Below are positions 1 through 7,516 of a DNA stretch of 53,881 nucleotides, in pieces; position 1 is the first letter of the stretch, and every line of letters begins with the position of its first letter. The stretch is taken from the NCBI GenBank assembly GCA_046496745.1, contig JAWOGQ010000093.1:1-53881 (forward strand), read 5' to 3'. The stretch comes from Candidatus Woesearchaeota archaeon. GTDB taxonomy: Archaea; Nanobdellota; Nanobdellia; Woesearchaeales; JACJVW01. The position numbers were made by a program, and so were the translations under genes. Below the pieces are notes generated by a model, which saw only the letters and a list, made by a program, of their open reading frames with translations, did not search any database and had not been told where the DNA came from.

Positions 1-1
1 C

Positions 2-319
2 GGGATATTACTTGTGTTCTTCTTGTGGCTGTCAATGAAAGCTGTTGAGGAGTTTGCCATGGTCAAACCCATCAGTGTTGAAAAATTGACTGAGGGTGAC
101 TGGATCGTGGATGATGTCGTGATTGATGGCAAGCATATCTGCGGCCCGGCAGACCTTGGTGTGCGACAAGAACAAATCAAACAGCTCAAGAGACTCAAGC
201 GGCAGAATAAAATAAAAAAAGTGGTGATCAAGGAAGGGGTTCCGTTTGTCCCCAGCTTCCTGATCGCGTTCGTGGTGAATTATTGGAATGCTGACCTGAT
301 CTTTTCACTTGTGATATAG
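2..319 (+). CDS. 3' part of a membrane-protein gene entering from the left edge (function unknown)
   Basis: The frame is open from nt 2 with no stop before the window edge; GTG at 14 is only the first in-window start. The product has a hydrophobic segment, a ~70-aa charged soluble insert (LTEGDWIVDDVVIDGKHICGPADLG, KQLKRLKRQNKIKK) and a terminal hydrophobic helix (VPFVPSFLIAFVVNYW). No catalytic motif is visible. Confidence 0.5.
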   Translation, partial: GILLVFFLWLSMKAVEEFAMVKPISVEKLTEGDWIVDDVVIDGKHICGPADLGVRQEQIKQLKRLKRQNKIKKVVIKEGVPFVPSFLIAFVVNYWNADLIFSLVI

Positions 320-359
320 AACATACTGGAAAAATAATAAAGCGAGGGAGAAAAAAGGA

Positions 360-2300
360 CTAATCCCCTTCCTCCTCTACCTTCCCATCATCACATTCGT
401 AATTGTCAGATGAGCCGTAATACTCCCAACCACTTTTATGACAACGTTCTCCAGAGTTACCGGGACTTATGCATTTTACTTTCTTTGTATATGTCCCACC
501 ATTCTGACTTTCTTTACATTCGGAGGACTCTTCTTGTGAATCTCCCTCGTAGCATACAAAAGCCTCATCCTTTTCTTCAATATGGCACTCCTCAGGTTTT
601 GATACGTTCTTGCCGTCTTGGCAGATTCGGTCAGCGCCAAGCGTAAGATCATGCGCAACGCAGGCACCGCTAACGCATTCATACTCACGGATTCGGTATT
701 TGTCTAGGCATTTGTCAAATTTCAGGGCATTGTCCTCACAGCTGCCGAAGACTTGGGTGTTGATGCCACCGTCAGAATCAACGCACGGATCGTCGTTAAC
801 ACACATGCCATCGCGGCAGATTTGCCCTGCAGAACAAGGTTCATTATAATAGGTACAACGCCCATTGCCAGGGCCTAAGCATTTTATTGATCTCAAAGTG
901 CTGCTACTACCACATTGGGCACTGACATTAAAGCCGTCATAGCACCAGTCTCCATTATTTGAATCTGTGCAGGTGGTATCAACACCATAGGCTTTGAACA
1001 CCTGTTGTTTAACCACATACTCGCCATCCATCACTGAATCAACCTTCGGCTTCACATCCTTGATGAGGTGCTCAAGATTGTGCGTACTAAGGGTGGTCTC
1101 TATGGTTCCAGCCTTTTGCTGAGCATAGCGCGGTTTATCAAGCGAGCCACTCAAGGTATCAATATCCCGCATCAAGCTTAGTTTCTCATTTTGAGTCAGG
1201 CTCTCATTGTTCCTGACCTGCTCCTGCAATTCCTGTATCTCACCACTCAAGTCCTTCTTCTTCTGTTCGAATTCCGTTTCAATCCGGTCACGAGCCTTTG
1301 CCATAATGTTTTCAATTGGCGGAACATTTGAATCGTTGCGAAGCGCCTTTGCCTGTTGCTCTTTTGCAGGGTCAATCTGTGGATCCCTCGCAAGGGCAAT
1401 CCCAAAGAGGCCGGGGGAATTCCCGCGCAGGCATTCTGCACTGATGGCTTTCTTCAGGACGTAGGTTGCCGAATCTTGCCCAGGGGAGTCAAAATCCCAC
1501 ATTATAAGAGGATCATCGGTGAGGTTCTGGTAGTCTCCGTCCAGGGAAATCAACCCTTGGTCCTCAAATTCCATGAAGGATTCCATGGCGCACTTGGGGA
1601 TTGACTCGTAGTAGTCGAATGTGCCATTGGTCTTTGTCACATTGATTATTGTCTTGTTATCCTCAAGGGTCACCTTCCGGGTAAGGCCGGCTGCGATCGG
1701 GTCGACAATGCTATAGTTGAAAACTGATTGATTCACCTGGAAGATATCATAGAGAACTGATGCGGCATCATCATAACTTAGTTCCAAGGGGATCGTGTAG
1801 TCAAATGTGCAATCTGCCTGCCCGACCGACTGGAGATGCGTCTCCCCCCGTTCATCTGATTTGAACATGAGTTCGATTGAATTGCCTGTTATACTGGTAC
1901 AGGTAAAGTAAGGAACCTTTACCTCAATGTTTGGTATATGAAAACTCTGGACAATGTCCTTACCGCTCATCAAGAAGACATTCTCTTTGGTGTCTGAGTG
2001 GAGGGCATCCATCACCACCGGGAGGCCTTCAAACCCTGCAAAAAGCACTTCCTTGTTGTTATCAAAGAAAATGATTTGATCTACTTCGCAGGGTATCCGA
2101 AACTCTTCGATGACCGCCTTTCCCCGGGAGGCAGTCATCTGGTTCTTCACTCGTTCAAAATCTGACTTGAACCGCTGAGCATCAATCTGACACTGTTTTG
2201 TTGCAATATCGGTGACTGTGGAGGTTGCAAAAAGTATAATCCCGCCAATGACGATAACCCCGATGAGGATGACGAATACCTGGTTGATTTGAGCTTTCAT
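360..2300 (-). CDS. Large surface protein with a pilin-like or signal-anchor N-terminus, central coiled coil and Cys-rich C-terminal repeats
   Basis: 646-aa ORF. The N-terminus MKAQINQVFVILIGVIVIGGIILFA has a short charged head, then K-A-Q, then a ~20-aa hydrophobic helix, resembling a class III signal. A K/E/Q-rich heptad-like stretch lies at about aa 330-400. The last ~200 aa contain more than 30 Cys in repeated C..DSDGG/C..G.C-type modules. TTTATAT lies about 30 nt upstream of the ATG on the minus strand (near 2326-2336). Confidence 0.8.
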   Translation of the reverse strand: MKAQINQVFVILIGVIVIGGIILFATSTVTDIATKQCQIDAQRFKSDFERVKNQMTASRGKAVIEEFRIPCEVDQIIFFDNNKEVLFAGFEGLPVVMDALHSDTKENVFLMSGKDIVQSFHIPNIEVKVPYFTCTSITGNSIELMFKSDERGETHLQSVGQADCTFDYTIPLELSYDDAASVLYDIFQVNQSVFNYSIVDPIAAGLTRKVTLEDNKTIINVTKTNGTFDYYESIPKCAMESFMEFEDQGLISLDGDYQNLTDDPLIMWDFDSPGQDSATYVLKKAISAECLRGNSPGLFGIALARDPQIDPAKEQQAKALRNDSNVPPIENIMAKARDRIETEFEQKKKDLSGEIQELQEQVRNNESLTQNEKLSLMRDIDTLSGSLDKPRYAQQKAGTIETTLSTHNLEHLIKDVKPKVDSVMDGEYVVKQQVFKAYGVDTTCTDSNNGDWCYDGFNVSAQCGSSSTLRSIKCLGPGNGRCTYYNEPCSAGQICRDGMCVNDDPCVDSDGGINTQVFGSCEDNALKFDKCLDKYRIREYECVSGACVAHDLTLGADRICQDGKNVSKPEECHIEEKDEAFVCYEGDSQEESSECKESQNGGTYTKKVKCISPGNSGERCHKSGWEYYGSSDNYECDDGKVEEEGD

Positions 2301-2413
2301 GTGCCAATCAGGAGAGTATCGATATAAAAATGTTTTGCAAAAGTGTTCCCAGAAGTTGTAAGAGGATTTTTGAGGAAAGCTATTCTGGGGGATTTAGGAG
2401 TTCTTTACGCCGG

Positions 2414-2445
2414 TTTCCCTGTGAACTTACAGGAAAGGAGGTAAA
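2414..2445. repeat. Copy 1 of an imperfect ~32-36-nt direct repeat in the tRNA-Thr/surface-protein intergenic region
   Basis: TTTCCCTGTG-AACTTACAGGAAAGGAGGTAAA. It shares TTTCCCTGTG, AAC, TTAC, GGAAA and GGTAAA blocks with copy 2. It contains the hairpin CCTGT-gaactt-ACAGG. Confidence 0.5.
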
Positions 2446-2510
2446 CGGATGAAATCTTGAAGAGTAAAAGCCTCTTGGGGCACCAAGGGTTTCCTTCCTT
2501 GACCCGGATG

Positions 2511-2546
2511 TTTCCCTGTGGTCAACCTTACGGAAAAAAAGGTAAA
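2511..2546. repeat. Copy 2 of the imperfect direct repeat
   Basis: TTTCCCTGTGGTCAACCTTACGGAAAAAAAGGTAAA, 97 nt from copy 1. Confidence 0.5.
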
Positions 2547-2609
2547 TTGGAAAGAAGCGAATCAGAAGAGAAACAAGGGGAGTAAGGAGACATTAAATCC
2601 CAGTTAAAA

Positions 2610-2683
2610 AGCCTCTGGGGGGATTTGCACCCCCGACCTTGGGATTACGAGTCCCACGCAATAGCTGGCTATGCTACAGAGGC
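2610..2683 (-). tRNA. tRNA-Thr (anticodon CGU)
   Basis: Minus-strand cloverleaf read by hand. Acceptor GCCTCTG/CAGAGGC is 7 perfect bp. Anticodon stem TGGGA/TCCCA closes loop CT-CGT-AA. Variable loop is AGGTC. T stem GGGGG/CCCCC closes loop TGCAAAT. Discriminator is U. A T5 run follows immediately 3' (plus strand AAAAA, 2606-2610; its first T is the discriminator). No CCA is encoded. The D loop and T loop are non-canonical (see findings). Confidence 0.85.
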
Positions 2684-2814
2684 TTGTTGTCGAATTTGCG
2701 TTGGCAGTTAGGGCAGACTGGTTTCCTCTTGCCTTTTGAATCCTTTACGTAGGTTCCAAGAAGCTTTCCGAGGAAAGTAGTTGCAATCTTTTCGCCGCAT
2801 ACAGTGCATTTCAT
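2674..2814 (-). CDS. Small zinc-ribbon protein (46 aa), absent from the ORF track
   Basis: Hand translation: MKCTVCGEKIATTFLGKLLGTYVKDSKGKRKPVCPNCQRKFDNKPL*. It has two CxxC knuckles 27 residues apart. AAAATTTAAAAA (plus 2837-2848) is centred ~28 nt upstream of the ATG, which fits a leaderless mRNA. The last 10 nt, including the stop, overlap the 5' end of tRNA-Thr. Confidence 0.45.
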   Translation of the reverse strand: MKCTVCGEKIATTFLGKLLGTYVKDSKGKRKPVCPNCQRKFDNKPL

Positions 2815-2836
2815 GTGAGTAAAGAAAGTTGGTCGG

Positions 2837-2848
2837 TTTTTAAATTTT
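2837..2848 (-). promoter_or_regulatory. TATA-like box for the zinc-ribbon ORF and possibly tRNA-Thr
   Basis: Minus strand AAAATTTAAAAA, ~28 nt upstream of the ATG at 2814. No other TATA-like element lies between it and the tRNA 5' end at 2683. Confidence 0.45.
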
Positions 2849-2965
2849 GTGCGCCGTAGACCTGTTCGTATGACAAAAAAATCTGAAAATAAAGAGAAGG
2901 TTCCAAAGATTGGCCTTGCTTTGGTCGCAGGGTTCTTTTAGTGCTGATCTATGAATCATTGAAGA

Positions 2966-5371
2966 TTAGTTCTGTTCTAGATCGACGACACACTCAAAGT
3001 CTTCTTCGCTTTCTTCCGGCAATGGAACAAAGTCAACCTTCTGCGCTTTTGTTATGGCCTTGAGCTCATCCTCTACCTCATTCAGGTCAAGCTGGGTCAT
3101 CTTTGCGCGAACCGAAAGCCTCTTGATAGGTGTCTTAAGCGATACGTTGCTATCTGATTTTGCACGCCTTACCTCTTCAACAATATTGATAAGGATGTCG
3201 CCAACCTTCTCTGCATGCTCATCTATCTTTGTCTCATCATATTCAGGCCAAAGGCTGTTATGAATGCTGCCTGACCATTTCTGCCGATAGACCTCATCTG
3301 TGATGTAGGGCATGATGGGGGCAAAAAGCTTTAATGTGGTGAGCAGGCCTTCGTGAAGGGTCAATTGAGCAGACCTGCGGGCTTCATGGCCTCTTTCTTC
3401 AGGGTTATATAACCTATCCTTGCAGACCTCAAGGTAATTGTCACAAAAGGTCTTCCAAAAGAAGTTGTCCACCTGGAATTTTGCCCTTGAATATTCATAA
3501 CCCTCAAAGGCATTTGTGCATACCTGGATGCACCGATGAAGCTTTGTTATGAGCCACCTATCCATGATCTCAAGAGGAACTTCTTCAGGAGTGAAATCCT
3601 CAAGATGCATGAAGACGAACCTTGAAGCGTTCCAGAGCTTTACAGTGGTCTTTTTGCCTGTAACAAGGTCTTTTTCCTGGAAGGGAAGATCATCTCCTAG
3701 ACGTGAACTCGCAGCCCAGTAACGTAATGCGTCTGCACTGTATTTTTCGATCATATCCTGAGGCGCAACAACGTTTCCCTTTGATTTTGACATCTTTTTG
3801 CTGTGAGGATCAAGGGCATGGCCTGATATGACAACATCTTTCCATGGATTAACCCGGTTATGGAGCTGTGATTTTACAACGGTGTTAAACAGCCAGAATG
3901 TTATGATATCATGTGCCTGGGCACGAAGATCCATTGGGTAGATCTGTTTCTGAAGTTCTGGGTCTACAAGTTCAGCTGCGATTTGAGGGGTTAGTGAAGA
4001 GGTTGCCCATGTATCGAAAACATCCTTTTCAGGTGTTATGGAATCATTCCCGCATTTCGGACATGTATCCACGGGTGCAGGGTCGCTTAGTGGATCTACA
4101 GGAAGGGAATCCTCTTCAGGAAGTATAACTTCCTCGCATTTGTCACAGTACCATACAGGGATAGGGATACCGCTGTAACGTTGCCTGGATATCAACCAAT
4201 CCCACTGGAGGCCTTTTACCCAGTTATCATACCTTACCTTCATATGCTCAGGATACCAGTTCAGTTCTTCACCCCATTTGAGAAGCTTGTCTTTTATGTC
4301 AAGGTAGCGGATGAACCACTGCTTTGAGTGTATTATCTCTATCTCTTTTCCGCAACGTTCATGGACATTGACGGTATGGGTTATGCCTTTCTGGTTGACA
4401 AGCAATCCTTCTTTCTGAAGGTCTTCTATCACCTGAAGCCTGGCCTCATGGACTGAGAGTCCCTGGTATTTACCGGCAATAGGTTTTAGCTTGCCATCTT
4501 TTGTGATCAATGAGCGAAGGGGAAGCTCGTGAGCAAAGTACCATTCGATATCTGTCTGATCACCAAAAGTACAGCACATGACAAGACCAGTACCTTTCTC
4601 TGGGTCTGCACGCTCATCTGCAATGATAGGAACTTCATGCTCAAAGAGGGGGACCTTGGCTTTTCTTCCCTGCAGATGCTGGTACCTGTCATCATCCGGA
4701 TGATAGAATAGCGCGACACATGCGGGAAGGTATTCAGGCCTTGTTGTCCCGATTATCAATTCATCACCATTGGAAGTGAAGATAAGATCATTGAAGGTTG
4801 ATTGCAGTTCATTATCCTCGCATTCAACCTGGGATATTGCGGTCTTGCAGTGAGGACACCAAAGGACCGGCGCATCTTTCCTGTATTGCCTGCCTTTCTT
4901 GTAAAGATCGATGAATGAGCGTTGGGATATTTTCTGGCAATGGTCATTTATTGTAGAGTAAAATAAGGAAAAGTCGCAGCTGAGACCGATATTCTTCCAG
5001 TCCTGAACCATCCTTGGCCTGATCTCCTCAAGGGTTTCAAGGCAGAGCTTGGTGAATTCCTTCCTGTCCATGTTTGCAGCCTTTACTTTCTTGAGCTTCT
5101 CAACAAATATCTCAGTTGCAATACCGTTATCATCGGTACCGAAAGGATAGAAAAGGACTTTTCCTCTCATGCGGTTGTATCGGGCGATGAAATCCATCTG
5201 AGTATAGGAGAATGCATGACCAAGATGCATTGCCCCGCTTATGGTGGGAGGTGGAGTATCAATAGCGTAAATCTCTTTTCCTTCCTCAGGATTGAAAGCA
5301 TAGATGCCCTCATCATGCCATTCCTGTGTCAATCGTGCTTCAACCTTTGCTGCGTCATATGATTTTTCCAT
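2966..5371 (-). CDS. valS: Valyl-tRNA synthetase (archaeal type)
   Basis: 801 aa. Class I HIGH motif (TPPPTISGAMHLGHAFSYTQ) and KMSKS motif (SKKMSKSKGN). A CP1/editing-size insertion contains CPHC and CDKC..CPKC zinc knuckles. The N-terminal signature FSYTQ.D...RY.RM.G is typical of archaeal ValRS. Confidence 0.93.
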   Translation of the reverse strand: MEKSYDAAKVEARLTQEWHDEGIYAFNPEEGKEIYAIDTPPPTISGAMHLGHAFSYTQMDFIARYNRMRGKVLFYPFGTDDNGIATEIFVEKLKKVKAANMDRKEFTKLCLETLEEIRPRMVQDWKNIGLSCDFSLFYSTINDHCQKISQRSFIDLYKKGRQYRKDAPVLWCPHCKTAISQVECEDNELQSTFNDLIFTSNGDELIIGTTRPEYLPACVALFYHPDDDRYQHLQGRKAKVPLFEHEVPIIADERADPEKGTGLVMCCTFGDQTDIEWYFAHELPLRSLITKDGKLKPIAGKYQGLSVHEARLQVIEDLQKEGLLVNQKGITHTVNVHERCGKEIEIIHSKQWFIRYLDIKDKLLKWGEELNWYPEHMKVRYDNWVKGLQWDWLISRQRYSGIPIPVWYCDKCEEVILPEEDSLPVDPLSDPAPVDTCPKCGNDSITPEKDVFDTWATSSLTPQIAAELVDPELQKQIYPMDLRAQAHDIITFWLFNTVVKSQLHNRVNPWKDVVISGHALDPHSKKMSKSKGNVVAPQDMIEKYSADALRYWAASSRLGDDLPFQEKDLVTGKKTTVKLWNASRFVFMHLEDFTPEEVPLEIMDRWLITKLHRCIQVCTNAFEGYEYSRAKFQVDNFFWKTFCDNYLEVCKDRLYNPEERGHEARRSAQLTLHEGLLTTLKLFAPIMPYITDEVYRQKWSGSIHNSLWPEYDETKIDEHAEKVGDILINIVEEVRRAKSDSNVSLKTPIKRLSVRAKMTQLDLNEVEDELKAITKAQKVDFVPLPEESEEDFECVVDLEQN

Positions 5372-5417
5372 TTTATGCCCTCATGTGATAGGTAGTTCCC
5401 GATAAATATAAATCTTA

Positions 5418-5846
5418 TCATATTGCCTTATAGCGAGCAATCGCATCATCCAAGAGTTCCAGATGGCGCTCTTCCTCTTCTTTCATGCTGGTGAAGAATC
5501 TTTTGAGGTCACCATCACTCTCCCTAGCGTATTGACTATACATCTCAACCGATGCTTTTTCGCGGGCTCTTGCAATCCTGAAAAGCTCCTCTACAGTATC
5601 TTTTTTTTGGAAAGGTATGTCAATGTGATATGCTCCAAGGCGATCAAGCTTTTCCTGCATTCTCTCAAGGTCTGCAGCACCTAAAGATTCCAGCATGCCC
5701 TTATGCCGTTCTTCTTCGATGACCATCTGAAAGCAGAATTCACGGGCAGGGCCTTCAAGCTTTGCTGCAAGCTTATTATACATATCAATAGATTCTTTCT
5801 CATGTTCAATGGCGTTGCGTATGGCCTTGAATGTACGGGGATCCAT
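5418..5846 (-). CDS. Ferritin-like diiron protein (rubrerythrin-family four-helix bundle without a rubredoxin domain)
   Basis: 142 aa with two E...ExxH half-sites (EHEKESIDMY..IEEERHKGML and AREKASVEMY..KEEEERHLELL). It is a paralogue of 8490-8903. A TATA-like TTTTTAAAT lies ~25 nt upstream of the ATG. Confidence 0.8.
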   Translation of the reverse strand: MDPRTFKAIRNAIEHEKESIDMYNKLAAKLEGPAREFCFQMVIEEERHKGMLESLGAADLERMQEKLDRLGAYHIDIPFQKKDTVEELFRIARAREKASVEMYSQYARESDGDLKRFFTSMKEEEERHLELLDDAIARYKAI

Positions 5847-5914
5847 GGTTATTAACTAAAGGCGTAGATTTAAAAATATTTGGTCTTTTACAAAATAGAC
5901 TAGGGTCTTCATTG

Positions 5915-5926
5915 ATAATGCATTAT
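5915..5926. promoter_or_regulatory. Perfect 12-bp palindrome ATAATGCATTAT between divergent redox genes (candidate operator)
   Basis: It is self-complementary, and flanking TT..AA extends it to an imperfect 18-mer. It sits between the TATA-like boxes of the 5846(-) and 6008(+) genes. Confidence 0.35.
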
Positions 5927-6007
5927 TAATTTAAAACAAGTTTCTATAAAGTTTCGCATCAAAGCTCTTAAATATCATGAGAATTTTATGAAAAAAGGAG
6001 GGAAAAC

Positions 6008-6550
6008 ATGAAAACTGAAGAAAATCTGAAAGCGGCTTTTGCCGGTGAAAGCCAGGCAAGAAATAAGTATGACTACTATGCAAAAGCAGCAAGGAAAGAG
6101 GGTTTCCACTACATAGCAAAGATATTCGAAGAGACAGCATTAAACGAACTGCAGCATGCAAAGGATGAGTTCAAAAGGCTTAATGGAATAGGGGATACCA
6201 AAGCAAACCTTAAGGCTGCAATCGAAGGGGAGCATTATGAAACTACTGACATGTATCCTACTTTTGCAAAAGAGGCAGAAGAAGAAGGAAACCAGGATGC
6301 AGCAAATCTTTTCAGGCAAATCGCTAAGGTAGAAGAGAAGCATGAGAAGCGATTCAGGAAACTGCTTGAGATGGTGGAAAACGGAGCAGCATACAAGCGG
6401 GAGAGTGAGATAACCTGGAAATGCAGCAAGTGCGGATATATACATAAGGGAACACAGCCTCCTGAAGAATGCCCTTCATGCAAGCATCCAAAGGAATATT
6501 ATGAACCGGAATGCATGTGCTTTTCAGATGAATGCGAGAAATGCAGGTGA
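6008..6550 (+). CDS. rbr: Rubrerythrin
   Basis: 180 aa. It has an N-terminal diiron bundle (ESQARNKY..ETALNELQHA, EGEHYETTDMY..KVEEKHEKRF) and a C-terminal rubredoxin-like Cys4 (WKCSKCGY..CPSCKHPKEYY). SD AAGGAGGG lies 5 nt upstream. There is an unusual extra C-terminal Cys4 tail. Confidence 0.92.
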   Translation: MKTEENLKAAFAGESQARNKYDYYAKAARKEGFHYIAKIFEETALNELQHAKDEFKRLNGIGDTKANLKAAIEGEHYETTDMYPTFAKEAEEEGNQDAANLFRQIAKVEEKHEKRFRKLLEMVENGAAYKRESEITWKCSKCGYIHKGTQPPEECPSCKHPKEYYEPECMCFSDECEKCR

Positions 6551-6554
6551 AAAA

Positions 6555-6890
6555 ATGACCCTATGGAAATGTAGTTCTTGTGGATATATACATGAGGATG
6601 AGGATGCACCAGAAGAATGTCCTAAGTGCGGAGCACCAAAGGAAGCATTCAACAAACTGGACGAAGAAGCAGAAGGATTAGTGCAGAACTCAAGAGTGAC
6701 AAATGAGGCACACATGGCTCTGGCAGGCCTTTGTGAAGAAGGATATGACCTGGCTGCAACGATCCATGAAGAGAACCTGGATGAGAATTGTGTTGCTCTT
6801 GCAGAGCGGGCAATGCAGGATTTCGAGGAAATAATGCAGTCTGTGAAAGCTGAACTTGAAGCCCACATGAATAAGGGCAAATGGGGATGA
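6555..6890 (+). CDS. Rubredoxin-like Cys4 domain fused to a helical domain
   Basis: MTLWKCSSCGYIHEDEDAPEECPKCGAPKEAF is followed by an ~80-aa acidic helical region. I chose the ATG at 6555 over the track start at 6501 because AGGTGA lies 5 nt upstream and 6501 would overlap rbr by 50 nt. Confidence 0.7.
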   Translation: MTLWKCSSCGYIHEDEDAPEECPKCGAPKEAFNKLDEEAEGLVQNSRVTNEAHMALAGLCEEGYDLAATIHEENLDENCVALAERAMQDFEEIMQSVKAELEAHMNKGKWG

Positions 6891-7516
6891 TGGATTTTGA
6901 ATCAACTGTGCTTTCTGTAGCACCAGTAACCCACAACGTAAAACGCATCATGCTGACAAAGCATGATGATTTTTCTTTTGTTCCAGGACAATACGGGCTT
7001 ATAGAAAAGAAACCATTCACTTTCACAAGCACACCAGATGATGCGCATCTTGAGTTTACTGTAAAAGCGGTGGGAGAGTTCTCGACAAAACTTACCCAGA
7101 TGAAGCCTGGAGACACTGTGATAATAAGCGGGCCAATGGGCAATAAGCTTAATTTCACAGAAGACCTGGAAAATTGTGTTTTTATTGCAGGAGGATCAGG
7201 GATCACCCCATTCATTGCTGCATTTAGATATACATCAAAAAGACAACTGCCTCACAAATTCTTGTTGTTCTATGGAAACAGGACAGAAAAGGACATAATC
7301 TACAAGGAGGAACTTGAATCATACAGCAATCTTAAGGTAGTGCATGCTTTGTCAGAGAAGGGAGAGCATGTAACAAAAGACCTGATTGAAAAACATATCA
7401 AGGATGAGAAGCATACATGGTTTGTATGCGGCCCGCCACCTATGACTGCAGCCATGAAAGAGATCCTAAAAGATATAGGTGCAGAGGACGTGCGGATCGA
7501 GCCATGGGAAATCTAG
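6881..7516 (+). CDS. FNR-like FAD/NAD(P)-binding oxidoreductase (PyrK / hydrogenase-gamma-like, no Fe-S tail)
   Basis: 211 aa. It has an R/KxYS-type flavin motif (KPFTFTST), an NAD(P) motif (FIAGGSGITPF) and a C-terminal FVCGPPPM. Alternative starts at 6887 or 6890 overlap the upstream stop (ATGA/TGATG). Confidence 0.8.
   Translation: MGMMDFESTVLSVAPVTHNVKRIMLTKHDDFSFVPGQYGLIEKKPFTFTSTPDDAHLEFTVKAVGEFSTKLTQMKPGDTVIISGPMGNKLNFTEDLENCVFIAGGSGITPFIAAFRYTSKRQLPHKFLLFYGNRTEKDIIYKEELESYSNLKVVHALSEKGEHVTKDLIEKHIKDEKHTWFVCGPPPMTAAMKEILKDIGAEDVRIEPWEI

Noticed and set aside
2-319. Left-edge fragment considered as the C-terminus of an A24 prepilin/preflagellin peptidase, which would fit the pilin-like neighbour
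   Set aside because: No catalytic Asp motif (GxGDxK-type) is visible in the fragment. The resemblance is only architectural, so the product is left as unknown.
2414-2546. The two direct repeats considered as a mini CRISPR array
   Set aside because: There are only two copies, they are imperfect and of unequal length, and no cas genes are in the window.
2467-2620. AAAGCCTCT(T)GGGG occurs at 2467-2480 and again at the tRNA-Thr 3' end (2607-2620); considered as an att-type duplication marking an integrated element
   Set aside because: The match is only ~14 nt with an indel, and the copies are 140 bp apart. No integrase or foreign-looking genes lie between or nearby. It is most likely chance or part of a hairpin.
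6501-6554. Upstream extension of the rubredoxin-like ORF (track start at 6501)
   Set aside because: It would overlap rbr by 50 nt. AGGTGA plus the ATG at 6555 gives a protein starting right at the Cys4 knuckle.
6649-7215. 188-aa minus-strand ORF across the rubredoxin-like and FNR-like genes
   Set aside because: It is antisense to two genes with clear motifs and has no signals of its own.
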